From IMG/VR virus record IMGVR_UViG_3300037467_003067, positions 224,001 through 288,000 of that record: 64,000 nt of DNA, one strand, 5' to 3'. This document shows, one piece after another, positions 1 to 9,036 of this stretch. The notes beneath the pieces were generated by a model, which saw only the letters and a list, made by a program, of their open reading frames with translations, had not been told where the DNA came from and ran no database searches. Each line of letters begins with the position of its first letter. Positions within the stretch are counted from its first letter, which is position 1. This DNA comes from a virus. Taxonomy: Duplodnaviria; Caudoviricetes. A program made the position numbers and the translations under genes.

Positions 1-972
1 TCGGGGTTCATTGGATCGGAATTGATTGGTCTCATTTTGAAGGAGACTAATTGGGACGTAATCAACATCGACCTCCGAGAGCCGATTGAGGGGTCTCTGC
101 TCGGGCAATTGGGCAACAACACTCGGTATTTCTTCGAGCAGACGAACATCTGCAGCAAGAAGCGGGTCGATGCGTTGTTCGAGAGGTATTGTCCGAATTT
201 CGTCTTCAATCTCGCCACGGAGTCTACCGTCAGTGCCGAATTCAATGCTCGCCATTTTTTGCAGACAAATATCTACGGGACTCACGTGCTTCTGGAGAGT
301 TCCCGCAACTATCTGATCAACGACCCTCCCGAGAAGTTTCGTTACCTCCAGGTTTCCACGGATGAGGTCTACGGAACTTCTCGGGACGACAGGGTCATCC
401 GCGACTCCTATTCGTACCTTCCCGATCATCCTCTTTCGGCATCGCGTGCGGCGGCTGAGATGCTTTGCTCATCGTGGCACCGGTCGAGCGGCTTCCCGGC
501 GATCATCACGCACGGCACGACGAATTACGGGAAGCGGCTGACGAGTGGATTCCTTTCGTTCGTGGTCGAGTCATTGATTGGTAGCGAGCAGGTCAAGATT
601 TACGATGGCAAACAGGTTCGGGATTGGCTGCACGTCACCGACCATTGCCGGGGGTTGATACTCGCGGCGAAGTACGGAAAGCCGGGGAAGGTTTACAATT
701 TCGGCAGCAATGAATCGTGGTCGAATTTTCAAATTGTAAATATGATCTGCGATATCTTGGATGAGATATTTCCCCGTAGACACGGGCATAAATCTTTGGT
801 ACAATACATTGATGATGGGTTCGAGGGACGAGGGGTCAAGTTCGACATCAAGAAGACTTATGACGACCTGATCTGGATTCCTAATTATCGATTCATGCCG
901 ACCTTGAGGCAGATGGTAGGACTATCTGTTCAGAGGAATTTTGAGGCGGCTGGGATCAAGGTAGCATCTTAA
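1..972 (+). CDS. rfbB: dTDP-glucose 4,6-dehydratase-like NAD-dependent epimerase/dehydratase (5' truncated by window edge; catalytic motif degenerate)
   Basis: Frame 1 opens with SGFIGSE (Rossmann motif). TNIYGT, VSTDEVYG and RDWLHVTDH match RmlB/RfbB, but YxxxK reads LSASR. Confidence 0.8.
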   Translation, partial: SGFIGSELIGLILKETNWDVINIDLREPIEGSLLGQLGNNTRYFFEQTNICSKKRVDALFERYCPNFVFNLATESTVSAEFNARHFLQTNIYGTHVLLESSRNYLINDPPEKFRYLQVSTDEVYGTSRDDRVIRDSYSYLPDHPLSASRAAAEMLCSSWHRSSGFPAIITHGTTNYGKRLTSGFLSFVVESLIGSEQVKIYDGKQVRDWLHVTDHCRGLILAAKYGKPGKVYNFGSNESWSNFQIVNMICDILDEIFPRRHGHKSLVQYIDDGFEGRGVKFDIKKTYDDLIWIPNYRFMPTLRQMVGLSVQRNFEAAGIKVAS

Positions 973-984
973 AAGGGCAAGACG

Positions 985-1200
985 ATGAGTGTTGTAGTTT
1001 CTCTTCTGTTGGGTCTGGGGATCGTGTTTTTTCTGGTTTGGAACTTTGAGATCTATTGGGGCGATCATTGCGACTGCGAATGCCATTGTGACTGTTACGA
1101 CGTCGAAGAAGGTCACATTGAAGAGCATGTCGAGGAAGTGGTCAATGAGGATGGTTCCGTGACGACCATCGTGACTCGCACTGAGTATGTCGAAGAGTAA
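985..1200 (+). CDS. small membrane-anchored protein with Cys/His cluster and acidic tail
   Basis: N-terminal hydrophobic segment, then HCDCECHCDC and an E-rich tail; in operon context. Confidence 0.6.
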   Translation: MSVVVSLLLGLGIVFFLVWNFEIYWGDHCDCECHCDCYDVEEGHIEEHVEEVVNEDGSVTTIVTRTEYVEE

Positions 1201-1216
1201 GTAAAAAGGAAGTATA

Positions 1217-1543
1217 ATGTCAGTTATTTCGATTAACGAGAATGATTTCGAGCTTGAGGTTCTGAAGTCGGATTTGCCGGTCTTGCTGGACGTTTACACG
1301 CCTTATTGCGGACCGTGCCGGACGTTGGCTCCGGTCCTGGACAAGCTGGCAACGGAACTTTCAGATAAGGTCAAGATAGTGAAAATTGATGCTGCTGAGA
1401 ATCACGGCTTCGCTGCCGGTCATCGCATCAATTCGGTCCCGACTTTGATCGCATTTGTCAAGGGTGCCGAGGTGGCTCGGCGTACCGGGTTCTTGCCGGA
1501 ACCTAAACTCAAGGCATGGCTCAACGAAGTTGGGTTGGCATGA
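1217..1543 (+). CDS. trxA: thioredoxin
   Basis: 108 aa, YCGPC active site, SVPT cis-Pro loop, AGGA RBS. Confidence 0.93.
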   Translation: MSVISINENDFELEVLKSDLPVLLDVYTPYCGPCRTLAPVLDKLATELSDKVKIVKIDAAENHGFAAGHRINSVPTLIAFVKGAEVARRTGFLPEPKLKAWLNEVGLA

Positions 1544-1752
1544 AAGGCAAGTCGATGTTTCCTTTCCCGCGTTGGGTCGTTTATTTCGCAACCGGATTCC
1601 TCTTTCCGTTTTCGATCTTGGTCGCCTTGACGATCATCACCTGTAGTGTCCCGATGTTTCCGGATTTCGTGTATATGTGGGGTTGGGGGGCATTTGTTTG
1701 CGTGATCAGCGTCGTTGCTTCCCTGATCGGTCTTTACAACGACACAAATTGA
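1540..1752 (+). CDS. small two-TM membrane protein
   Basis: ATGA overlap with trx stop; two hydrophobic segments. Confidence 0.6.
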   Translation: MKGKSMFPFPRWVVYFATGFLFPFSILVALTIITCSVPMFPDFVYMWGWGAFVCVISVVASLIGLYNDTN

Positions 1753-1779
1753 GTTTTTAATTTAAAGGACAAGTTTTAA

Positions 1780-2820
1780 ATGAAGTTTTTCGCATCTCTC
1801 ATTATCGCGTTGGCGAGTGTTTCGGTCGCACATGCTCAGCACCATGGGGGCGGGCATCATGGCGGTGTTGGAGGCGGGGGGCATCCCGGTCATGTATCGC
1901 CCAATTTTGGCGGCGGGCATCATGGAGTCCAGCAGCAGTTCCAGCATCACCAGCAGTTCCAGCATCACCAGCAGTTCCAGCATCACCAGCAGTTCCAGCA
2001 TCAGCAAAATTTGAATTTTCAACGACAGCATCAGGCTCAGTTGAATATCCAGCGACAGCAACACATTCAGCGTCAACACAATCTCGGTATCCAGCACCAG
2101 CGGCAATCCCAACTGAATATTCAACGCCAGCACCAGCACAATCTCAACATTCAGCGACAGACTCAACTGAATATCCAGAGGCAAAGGACGGTGACGCGGC
2201 AGCACAATGCGACCGATTCGATCCGAAGCCAGCAGAATCGAATCCACCAGAGTTTGCTTCAACGTCAGCGTGCCATTGTAGGCGGGATTCATCGAGGGCA
2301 GAACGTCGCCGGATACCGCAACGCCTTGGTCAATCGTCACCGAGCATATATCAACAGGTATGCTTCAATCCATGTTCGCCCGCATCCGAGGGGACCGGTC
2401 TGTAACCTTGGTTACGTCTATGGCGGGAGGCACTACCGGAACTGGTGCTACGCTTACAATTGGACCGGATGGACCTCGTACCAATGGTATCCCGCCTACG
2501 GCTGCTACATCTACTGGTCCCCGGCGTCGAATTGCTGGTATCGCTGGTATGAGCAAGATGCGATCTTCGTCCCGTGCGATGAGTGGGTAGCGACGGCGAC
2601 TTCAGTCGAAGACACTTATCCACTGAGTGAGGTTCCTGAGGGCGATATCCAGGAGAATGACATCCAGATGACGGATGACACGATCTCCGAAGACGAAGAA
2701 GTGGAAGAAACCTCGTCGCAGGACACTTCGCCTGGACCTCAGATTCAACCAGCCCCTCCCGTTCCAGCCGTCCCTTCACCTGAATCGATTCCGGCACCCG
2801 CTGCTCCGGCGATTCCCTGA
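1780..2820 (+). CDS. secreted low-complexity His/Gln-rich protein with aromatic (W/Y/C) domain and acidic/Pro tail
   Basis: Signal peptide MKFFASLIIALASVSVAHA; HHQQFQ and QLNIQRQ repeats; AAGGA RBS. Confidence 0.8.
   Translation: MKFFASLIIALASVSVAHAQHHGGGHHGGVGGGGHPGHVSPNFGGGHHGVQQQFQHHQQFQHHQQFQHHQQFQHQQNLNFQRQHQAQLNIQRQQHIQRQHNLGIQHQRQSQLNIQRQHQHNLNIQRQTQLNIQRQRTVTRQHNATDSIRSQQNRIHQSLLQRQRAIVGGIHRGQNVAGYRNALVNRHRAYINRYASIHVRPHPRGPVCNLGYVYGGRHYRNWCYAYNWTGWTSYQWYPAYGCYIYWSPASNCWYRWYEQDAIFVPCDEWVATATSVEDTYPLSEVPEGDIQENDIQMTDDTISEDEEVEETSSQDTSPGPQIQPAPPVPAVPSPESIPAPAAPAIP
1933..2003 (+). repeat. 18-bp tandem repeat (cagcagttccagcatcac) x ~4, encoding QQFQHH
   Basis: Units at 1933, 1951, 1969 and 1987 read directly. 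Confidence 0.95.
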
Positions 2821-2921
2821 ATTTAAATCCTAAATTTCAGACTAGACAACGCGAGGATTTGGGTGATAGAATGTAATCATCCAAGTCCTCATTTTCGTTT
2901 GATTGATCGGGAGAAACTACG

Positions 2922-3629
2922 ATGCGGAAGGACTTCGACAAGGTTTTGCGAGAGCCGGGACGGGCTGAGAAGGACGTTCGATCAAAATATGGTAGAAAAT
3001 CAAATCACTCGATCGAGGACCGAGAGGCTTTTCGACGTCGTGGTTTTTATGGGCAGAGCGGCGGGATGGTCAGGCTCCAGCCCAACTGCCGGTTCCTCCG
3101 GAAGAAGTGCGGACAGAAATGGGACGAGGTTTATGCCGAGATCTGCGAGGTGAATGACATCCGCTCCCATCCGAGACCGTACATCTTTGAATTCATTGAG
3201 AAGTACGTCGAGTTGAGTCCGCTCATTCTGGACGACGGCGTCTATGACGCCTCGGGGCGACTCAATATCTATGGCGGGAATATCCCTCATTTCTATGTCG
3301 ATGCCGAGGGGATTTTGCGGGTCGGCGAAGAGCCTCCTAGGCAGAAAAAGAAAGGGAAGCCCGAAGATTACGTCGTGCTGGACGAATACCACCAGTATCA
3401 TCAGGTCAAAGGCATTTGGTATTTGGTGACCTTCGCGCCGTGGCAAGGCGGCAAACCAATTGATATTCTCACAGGAAATCAACTCGTCAACGACAGTGGA
3501 TTGATCGGACGCTACGGAGCGAGGATCTACGCGATTGCCAAGCGCCAGGCGAACAAGAAGGAAGTCAAGTGGATCAAGCGAAAGCTCGATGAGAAATTGC
3601 GACGGACCGAGGAAGTGAACGCGGAATAA
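2922..3629 (+). CDS. hypothetical basic phage protein
   Basis: 235-aa ORF, GGAG RBS, genome-typical codon usage; promoter-like TAGACA-18-TAGAAT at 2843-2872. Confidence 0.75.
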   Translation: MRKDFDKVLREPGRAEKDVRSKYGRKSNHSIEDREAFRRRGFYGQSGGMVRLQPNCRFLRKKCGQKWDEVYAEICEVNDIRSHPRPYIFEFIEKYVELSPLILDDGVYDASGRLNIYGGNIPHFYVDAEGILRVGEEPPRQKKKGKPEDYVVLDEYHQYHQVKGIWYLVTFAPWQGGKPIDILTGNQLVNDSGLIGRYGARIYAIAKRQANKKEVKWIKRKLDEKLRRTEEVNAE

Positions 3630-3672
3630 CGAAGAGATGATTTTTACCGCCTAAAACGTTCCGAAATTAAGG

Positions 3673-3701
3673 TTGCCATACAGGTCCTTTTGCGGTATAC
3701 T
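3673..3701 (+). promoter_or_regulatory. sigma70-type promoter TTGCCA-17-TATACT
   Basis: Consensus-like hexamers with 17-bp spacer upstream of the ygiB/ygiC-like pair. Confidence 0.65.
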
Positions 3702-3760
3702 GATCCTATCAATACAAGTGTTTGATCGGATCTAAACGTCTTCTCGCAGGGATGGATTTC

Positions 3761-4258
3761 ATGGACGAAAACTTTCGCCGCAAGGCTTCGCGGGTCGTCA
3801 AGCTAGCCGTGATCGGTACTCCTTTGTTCTTCGGGGGTTGCTACGGAGTTTCTGACACGGTGGTTATCGAACGCCGTGCTGCCGACCGAGTCGAAGTGGT
3901 CGAGGTCGCTCGACCTGGCTATCACTACAGCTACTTCTACGGCGGGTATGTTCCCATTTACGTGCCGCTTGGCGGGTACGTGGGACCGGGGTACTACTCC
4001 AGCGGTTATCGCCCGCCTCGCACGGTTGTCAACAATTACATCAGCACACACCGCACGAGCGTGGTCCGTCAACCGACCACGAGGACGACGACCACCACGA
4101 CGACCACTCGTCCTGCTGCGACCACCACTTCTCGCCCAACAACCACGGTCACTTCCTCGCGAACCTCTGTCTCCAGTGGTTCGACCCGAGCGACGACTTC
4201 GGTCCGGACGGGCGGTTTCGGTGCGACTGGTCGCGGTAGTTTCCACGTCGGCGGCTGA
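3761..4258 (+). CDS. YgiB/YjfM (DUF1190)-like putative lipoprotein
   Basis: Hydrophobic segment ending FFGGC; Tyr/Gly-rich then Thr-rich linker; C-terminal RTGGFG motif; directly upstream of ygiC-like gene. Confidence 0.65.
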   Translation: MDENFRRKASRVVKLAVIGTPLFFGGCYGVSDTVVIERRAADRVEVVEVARPGYHYSYFYGGYVPIYVPLGGYVGPGYYSSGYRPPRTVVNNYISTHRTSVVRQPTTRTTTTTTTTRPAATTTSRPTTTVTSSRTSVSSGSTRATTSVRTGGFGATGRGSFHVGG

Positions 4259-4409
4259 CATTAAGGGAAATCATGAGGGTCAACGATGACCCTCGTGATA
4301 ACCACAGCGACGTGGTCCGAGACGAAGTCGTCTCATCATAATCTAAATCAAAACGTGAACTTGAACTTGAACGTCAGCGAAACATTTGCCTCCTGTAGGA
4401 CCAATTTCC

Positions 4410-5681
4410 ATGGAACGTGTTTTGAGTGAGCCTCGCCCCGACTGGCAGTCGATTGTCGAAGGGCAGGGATTGTTCTTCCATACTGCGGAAGGAATCCAGT
4501 ATTGGGATGAACATGTTTTCTACGATTTTTCAGCCGCCCAGATCGACGTGATCGAGCAAGCCACCAACGACCTCAATGAGAAGTGCCTGGAGACGGTCCA
4601 GTACCTCGTGGACAAACGGGACGAGACCTTCCCTAAATTCGGCATCCCGGAAGAATTCTGGGACTTCGTCTGTGAGTCTTGGGACGAAGACGAGCACACG
4701 CTCTATGGTCGCTTCGACTTCGCTTACGACGGAGTCGCCGCGCCCAAGCTCCTGGAATACAATGCGGACACGCCGACCAGCCTCCTGGAAGCAGCCGTGA
4801 TCCAGTATTACTGGCTCCAGGACATGTTCCCCCGTCACGACCAATTCAACAACATCCACGAGCGACTGATCGAGGCGTTCGAGCGGATCAGGAACGACCG
4901 GGAACTCGGACCGAATGAGTCGCAAGGTGCCAGCGGGGCTGTGCTGTCCGACTGGCAAAAATCTTGTACCCCCAAGGCGGGGACACCGTTCTATCTGACC
5001 TCGCTGAGCCAGGATGACTCGGTCGAAGATTACATGACAGCGACCTATCTCCGCGACCTGGCAACTCAGGCGGGATTGGACGCTCGGTATTTGCCGATCG
5101 AGTCGATCGGCTTCGGCGACGACTCGCCCTTCTTTCGCGACGGCGGGGATGAGATCGCCCACATCTTCAAGCTGTACCCGTGGGAGTGGCTGGTCCGAGA
5201 GGAATTTGGTCGCAACCTGCTCAATTCCAAGACCGAATGGTACGAGCCTGCCTGGAAGATGCTCCTGAGCAACAAGGCGATCCTGCCGTACCTGTACGAT
5301 CTCTTTGGGGATTCGCCCTACATCCTCAAGTCGAGCTTCGACCAGAACGATTTCGGCGACACGTGGGTCCGGAAGCCGATCTTCTCCCGCGAGGGTCAGA
5401 ACATCATGATCGTGAAGAACGGTCAGATGATCGCAGACACTCGGGGCGAATACGGCGAGTTCCCGGTGATCTACCAGGACTACACGCCGCTTCCGATCTT
5501 CGCAGGCAATACCCCCGTCGTCGGATCGTGGATGGTCAACGGATATGCCTGCGGCATTGGTATAAGAGAGACAGAAGGTATGGTGACCAACAACACCAGC
5601 CGGTTCGTGCCGCACCGGTTCACCCCGGCTGCCGTGAAGGGGTCATTCGGCAGCATTCGCAAGAAGCTGCTCGGCAAGTAA
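4410..5681 (+). CDS. ygiC: glutathionylspermidine synthase family ATP-grasp protein (YgiC/YjfC-like)
   Basis: YGRFDF, LLEYNADTPTSLLE, FKLYPWEW, EPAWKMLLSNKAILP, KPIFSREG, GIGIRE, SRFVPH. Confidence 0.95.
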   Translation: MERVLSEPRPDWQSIVEGQGLFFHTAEGIQYWDEHVFYDFSAAQIDVIEQATNDLNEKCLETVQYLVDKRDETFPKFGIPEEFWDFVCESWDEDEHTLYGRFDFAYDGVAAPKLLEYNADTPTSLLEAAVIQYYWLQDMFPRHDQFNNIHERLIEAFERIRNDRELGPNESQGASGAVLSDWQKSCTPKAGTPFYLTSLSQDDSVEDYMTATYLRDLATQAGLDARYLPIESIGFGDDSPFFRDGGDEIAHIFKLYPWEWLVREEFGRNLLNSKTEWYEPAWKMLLSNKAILPYLYDLFGDSPYILKSSFDQNDFGDTWVRKPIFSREGQNIMIVKNGQMIADTRGEYGEFPVIYQDYTPLPIFAGNTPVVGSWMVNGYACGIGIRETEGMVTNNTSRFVPHRFTPAAVKGSFGSIRKKLLGK

Positions 5682-5765
5682 CGCGACAAGGGGGCGGGAC
5701 GAACGCCCCTTCCTACCGAGGTAATTCAATCGATTGATAGGCGTCCCACCACAGGAGATCATCTG

Positions 5766-6230
5766 ATGAGCTACACCGTGTATGTCGGACCCTACGTTGC
5801 ATCCCCCAACAGCCACAAGACCGTGGAAGTCAATCGGCAGGGATGCCCCAAGTGCAAGGTCAACGTCGTCGGCAATTATTGCTCTCTGTGCGGTGCAAAA
5901 AAGGGCAAATACCAAACGACCAAACGGGAACCTGTTATCAGTAGAACGGATGCGTGGGAGGCTATGAATAAAACTCCCTCAATCGACATCCACAGCTTCG
6001 ATGAAATGGGCGGCAACCACGACATCTTCCTGATGTCTCAGGGCATGATCCTGAATCGGCGTCCTCTAAGATATCGATCCTACGACGCTAAAAATTGGGT
6101 CCATAATCTTGAACCCGAAAAAGAATTGAACTACTTCAAAGACAACTTCGCCAAAGAGATCGAGGCATTGAAAAATCTCTATGGTGAAGCCACAGTCGAG
6201 TACGGCGTGATCGCCTACTACACCCAATAG
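5766..6230 (+). CDS. double zinc-ribbon hypothetical protein (paralog A)
   Basis: VYVGPY..GCPKC..YCSLCG..FAKEIEALKNLYGEATVEYGVIAY. Confidence 0.75.
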   Translation: MSYTVYVGPYVASPNSHKTVEVNRQGCPKCKVNVVGNYCSLCGAKKGKYQTTKREPVISRTDAWEAMNKTPSIDIHSFDEMGGNHDIFLMSQGMILNRRPLRYRSYDAKNWVHNLEPEKELNYFKDNFAKEIEALKNLYGEATVEYGVIAYYTQ

Positions 6231-6241
6231 GAGATTCGACA

Positions 6242-6718
6242 ATGGGCGCAGATCATAATGTCTATGTCGGACCCTATCTTTGGTGTCCGAATCCCGAGAC
6301 GAAGAAACCCGTCACCCATGAAGGTTGCCCTCGGTGCCAAATCCGCACCAATGGAAAATTCTGCTCGCGGTGCGGAACACGCAGGGACAAGTACGAAAAG
6401 GTCGAAACCGCAAATAAAGTCAGCTATCAGGACGTCGATGAGGCGATCCCCGAACTTTATAATAAGCTCCATGGGCTGTCGCCTTACGACCTCAATGAAG
6501 AAGCTAACATCTATTTGCCTAATCTAAGGATGATCAAAGGTCGAGAACCTTCTTTCAGCCGCAACGACGGCAAGGTCGGAAGGCAGGAGATCACGACCGA
6601 GAGGATCGATCAAGAAATCAAGTTCTTCAAAGAGAAGTATGCTAAGGAGATCGAAGTTTTACGAGGTCTCTTCGGCGAAGCCAAGGTCGAACACGGAGTT
6701 GTCGTGTACTTCAACTAG
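6242..6718 (+). CDS. double zinc-ribbon hypothetical protein (paralog B)
   Basis: VYVGPY..GCPRC..FCSRCG..YAKEIEVLRGLFGEAKVEHGVVVY. Confidence 0.75.
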   Translation: MGADHNVYVGPYLWCPNPETKKPVTHEGCPRCQIRTNGKFCSRCGTRRDKYEKVETANKVSYQDVDEAIPELYNKLHGLSPYDLNEEANIYLPNLRMIKGREPSFSRNDGKVGRQEITTERIDQEIKFFKEKYAKEIEVLRGLFGEAKVEHGVVVYFN

Positions 6719-6806
6719 GATGTAAGTTGGAGTGTTGCGGTTTGATATATTAGTCAAGCCGCAGTGGTTCGGTTTTTCATCACACCAGGAAGGTTTGAGG
6801 CAGACA

Positions 6807-7214
6807 ATGGAAATCACAAACGTTCGCGTTCGCGTGGCTGATGATAACTCGGGCAATCTGGTCGGGTTCGCCAGCATCACGATCGACAATGCCCTGATGA
6901 TCCACGATATCCGGATCATCAAGACCAACAGTCGATACTTCGTGGCGATGCCCTCACGGAAGGTTACGGACCACTGTGCGTCCTGCAACGCCAAGAACGC
7001 ACTTCAGAGTAACTATTGCCACATGTGCGGCAACAAGCTCGGGGCAGTTCCGAGGAATGAAGTCTCCAAATTCCACGTGGACGTCGCCCACCCCGTCAAC
7101 CCGGAAGCCCGCGAGATGATCGAGCGGACAATCATCGAGTCGTACCTGGAGGAGTTAGCGGAGCAGAAGACCCGCGCCGCTTCCATCCCGGAGATCGATC
7201 GACTTTCCGCCTAA
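6807..7214 (+). CDS. spoVG: SpoVG family protein with internal zinc ribbon
   Basis: MEITNVRV..FASITID..IHDIRII..FVAMPSRK..DVAHPVN, with CASC..CHMC insertion. Confidence 0.92.
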   Translation: MEITNVRVRVADDNSGNLVGFASITIDNALMIHDIRIIKTNSRYFVAMPSRKVTDHCASCNAKNALQSNYCHMCGNKLGAVPRNEVSKFHVDVAHPVNPEAREMIERTIIESYLEELAEQKTRAASIPEIDRLSA

Positions 7215-7240
7215 TCCCCGGCGAACTATTACGATGTCAC

Positions 7241-7278
7241 AACGGGGACGCATGACTCATGCGTCCCCGTTTTCTTTT
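7241..7278 (+). terminator. intrinsic terminator
   Basis: aacggggacgcatga/tcatgcgtccccgtt stem followed by T-rich tract. Confidence 0.75.
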
Positions 7279-7290
7279 CAGGACCAGCCC

Positions 7291-7926
7291 ATGTCAGACA
7301 TCGACAAGACCCGAAAGTGGGTCAAGAAGACCATGTGGGGCGAAGCCTCAGGTCATGACTGGTTCCACGTCGAACGAGTCTACACCGTCGCCACCACGAT
7401 CGCACAGACCGAGAAATCCGATCTATTCATCGTCCAGATGACCGCGTTGCTCCACGATATCGACGATCCCAAGCTCAACGACCCCAAGGACCAGGAAAAA
7501 GCCCTGGAGTGGATGTGTTCTCTCAATCTCGACAACAAAGTCATCGCCACTATCGCCGATAACATCAATCAAATATCGTTCAGTAAAAACAAGGACCGGT
7601 CTCCAGCCACCATCGAAGCCGCGATCGTCCAGGACGCCGACCGACTGGACGCAATCGGTGCCATCGGCATCGCCCGCTGTTTCGCCTACGGCGGCTTCAA
7701 AGGTCGGATACTCTACAATCCTGCCGACCTTATCGAAGTCAGCCTCTCCAGCGGAACTGTGCCTAAGAATGAAAATCCCAGCAGTCTCTTGCACTTCTAC
7801 GAAAAACTATTGCTCATCAAGGACCTGATGAATACCAAGACCGGCAAGGAGCTCGCAAAGGGTCGACACGATTTTCTAGAAGTGTTCCTAGACCAGTTCT
7901 TTCAGGAATGGAATGGCAAGGCTTAG
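7291..7926 (+). CDS. HD-domain phosphohydrolase (YedJ-like)
   Basis: HDWFHVERV, ALLHD, VQDADRLDAIGAIGIAR, HFYEKLL. Confidence 0.92.
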   Translation: MSDIDKTRKWVKKTMWGEASGHDWFHVERVYTVATTIAQTEKSDLFIVQMTALLHDIDDPKLNDPKDQEKALEWMCSLNLDNKVIATIADNINQISFSKNKDRSPATIEAAIVQDADRLDAIGAIGIARCFAYGGFKGRILYNPADLIEVSLSSGTVPKNENPSSLLHFYEKLLLIKDLMNTKTGKELAKGRHDFLEVFLDQFFQEWNGKA

Positions 7927-7958
7927 ATATTATTTCCCCAGCTAAGGAGAGCAAATCA

Positions 7959-8165
7959 ATGAATGCCTACATAGTTAAAATAGTTGATCGTATTTTGGAA
8001 ACGGAAGCTCAGAAGCCAATCCCCAAGTATTCGATATTCTACAGCCGCGAGAAAGCCGACGAGTATCGCGACAAGATCATGAGTCCACCAATCAAGTTTC
8101 ATGCCAAGCAGATCAAGGTATTCAGCGTGGAAGTCCAGATCCTCGATGAGGTCGAATACAGCTAA
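7959..8165 (+). CDS. hypothetical protein
   Basis: AAGGAG RBS, 68-aa ORF. Confidence 0.6.
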   Translation: MNAYIVKIVDRILETEAQKPIPKYSIFYSREKADEYRDKIMSPPIKFHAKQIKVFSVEVQILDEVEYS

Positions 8166-8167
8166 CT

Positions 8168-9007
8168 TCATCCGACCTTCTTGAGGACCACGTGGAGCTT
8201 GCCGGGCATGTACCAGTCCGGCGAGTCCTCACCTTCGTCGTAACTGAGCCTCTGACCTGCCTTGCTATTGGGCGGGACTTTGACCTCAACCTCTATCATT
8301 TCCCAGAGACCCATCCTCGTCCCTTCGCACGTATCACACGTCAGCGAACTCTTGCCCGTACCCTTACAGGTCGGGCATTTATCGGGCGCATTCCAAACCT
8401 TCTGCTTCATCATGCCCCACTTGCCGCGACAGCGATGGCAGTCGTTCTTGCCGATGCCGCCGCACTTGTGGCACCGGTTCCTTCGCTTGATCTTGACGAT
8501 CTTGAAACATCCGCCCTTCATCTCAAGCTCAGTCAAGCCAAGATTGATGATGATGTCCCTGCCCGTATTTTCCTTATCGACAAATTCACACACGATCGAG
8601 TCGAGGTCGTGCGACTCAGGTGGAGTCGGATTGTGCCAGTTCTCGTCCCAAACCGGGTTGCGGTCGATGATCCAGTTCTTGATCGGTCCCGCTTGGGGAC
8701 GCTTCGGTTGCTTGGGTTTCTTCTTTGGCTTGGGCGGGACTGGTGGTCGCGGAGGAGGCGGCGGCTTGGGCGGCGGGGGAGGATTCGCCGGACGCTTGCC
8801 CACGTAGCCACGCACGTCGTAGATGGACCGCTTCTGCACATCGCCCAGCACTTCGTATGCCGAGGCGATCTCCTTGAACTTTTTTTCTGCTTCGCTATTG
8901 CCAGGATTCCTGTCGGGGTGGTACTTTAGAGCAAGCGAGCGATATGCTTTCTTGATCTCGTCAGCCGTCGCAGTCTTGGCAACCCCCAGGATTGCATAGT
9001 AGTCCAT
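8168..9007 (-). CDS. dnaJ: DnaJ-like co-chaperone (J domain, Pro-rich linker, zinc-finger repeats)
   Basis: [20 protein letters not shown]; CxxCxGxG repeats. Confidence 0.92.
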   Translation of the reverse strand: MDYYAILGVAKTATADEIKKAYRSLALKYHPDRNPGNSEAEKKFKEIASAYEVLGDVQKRSIYDVRGYVGKRPANPPPPPKPPPPPRPPVPPKPKKKPKQPKRPQAGPIKNWIIDRNPVWDENWHNPTPPESHDLDSIVCEFVDKENTGRDIIINLGLTELEMKGGCFKIVKIKRRNRCHKCGGIGKNDCHRCRGKWGMMKQKVWNAPDKCPTCKGTGKSSLTCDTCEGTRMGLWEMIEVEVKVPPNSKAGQRLSYDEGEDSPDWYMPGKLHVVLKKVG

Positions 9008-9036
9008 GTTGGTATTTAGACAGAGTTGTTAAGAAA

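Noticed and set aside
1933-2003. CRISPR array
   Set aside because: The repeats are contiguous, in-frame and lack spacers; no cas genes are present in the window.
6732-7214. Cellular sporulation locus or bacterial chromosome origin for the window
   Set aside because: Host-like genes are scattered singly among T4-like core genes and ORFans, with no housekeeping operons.
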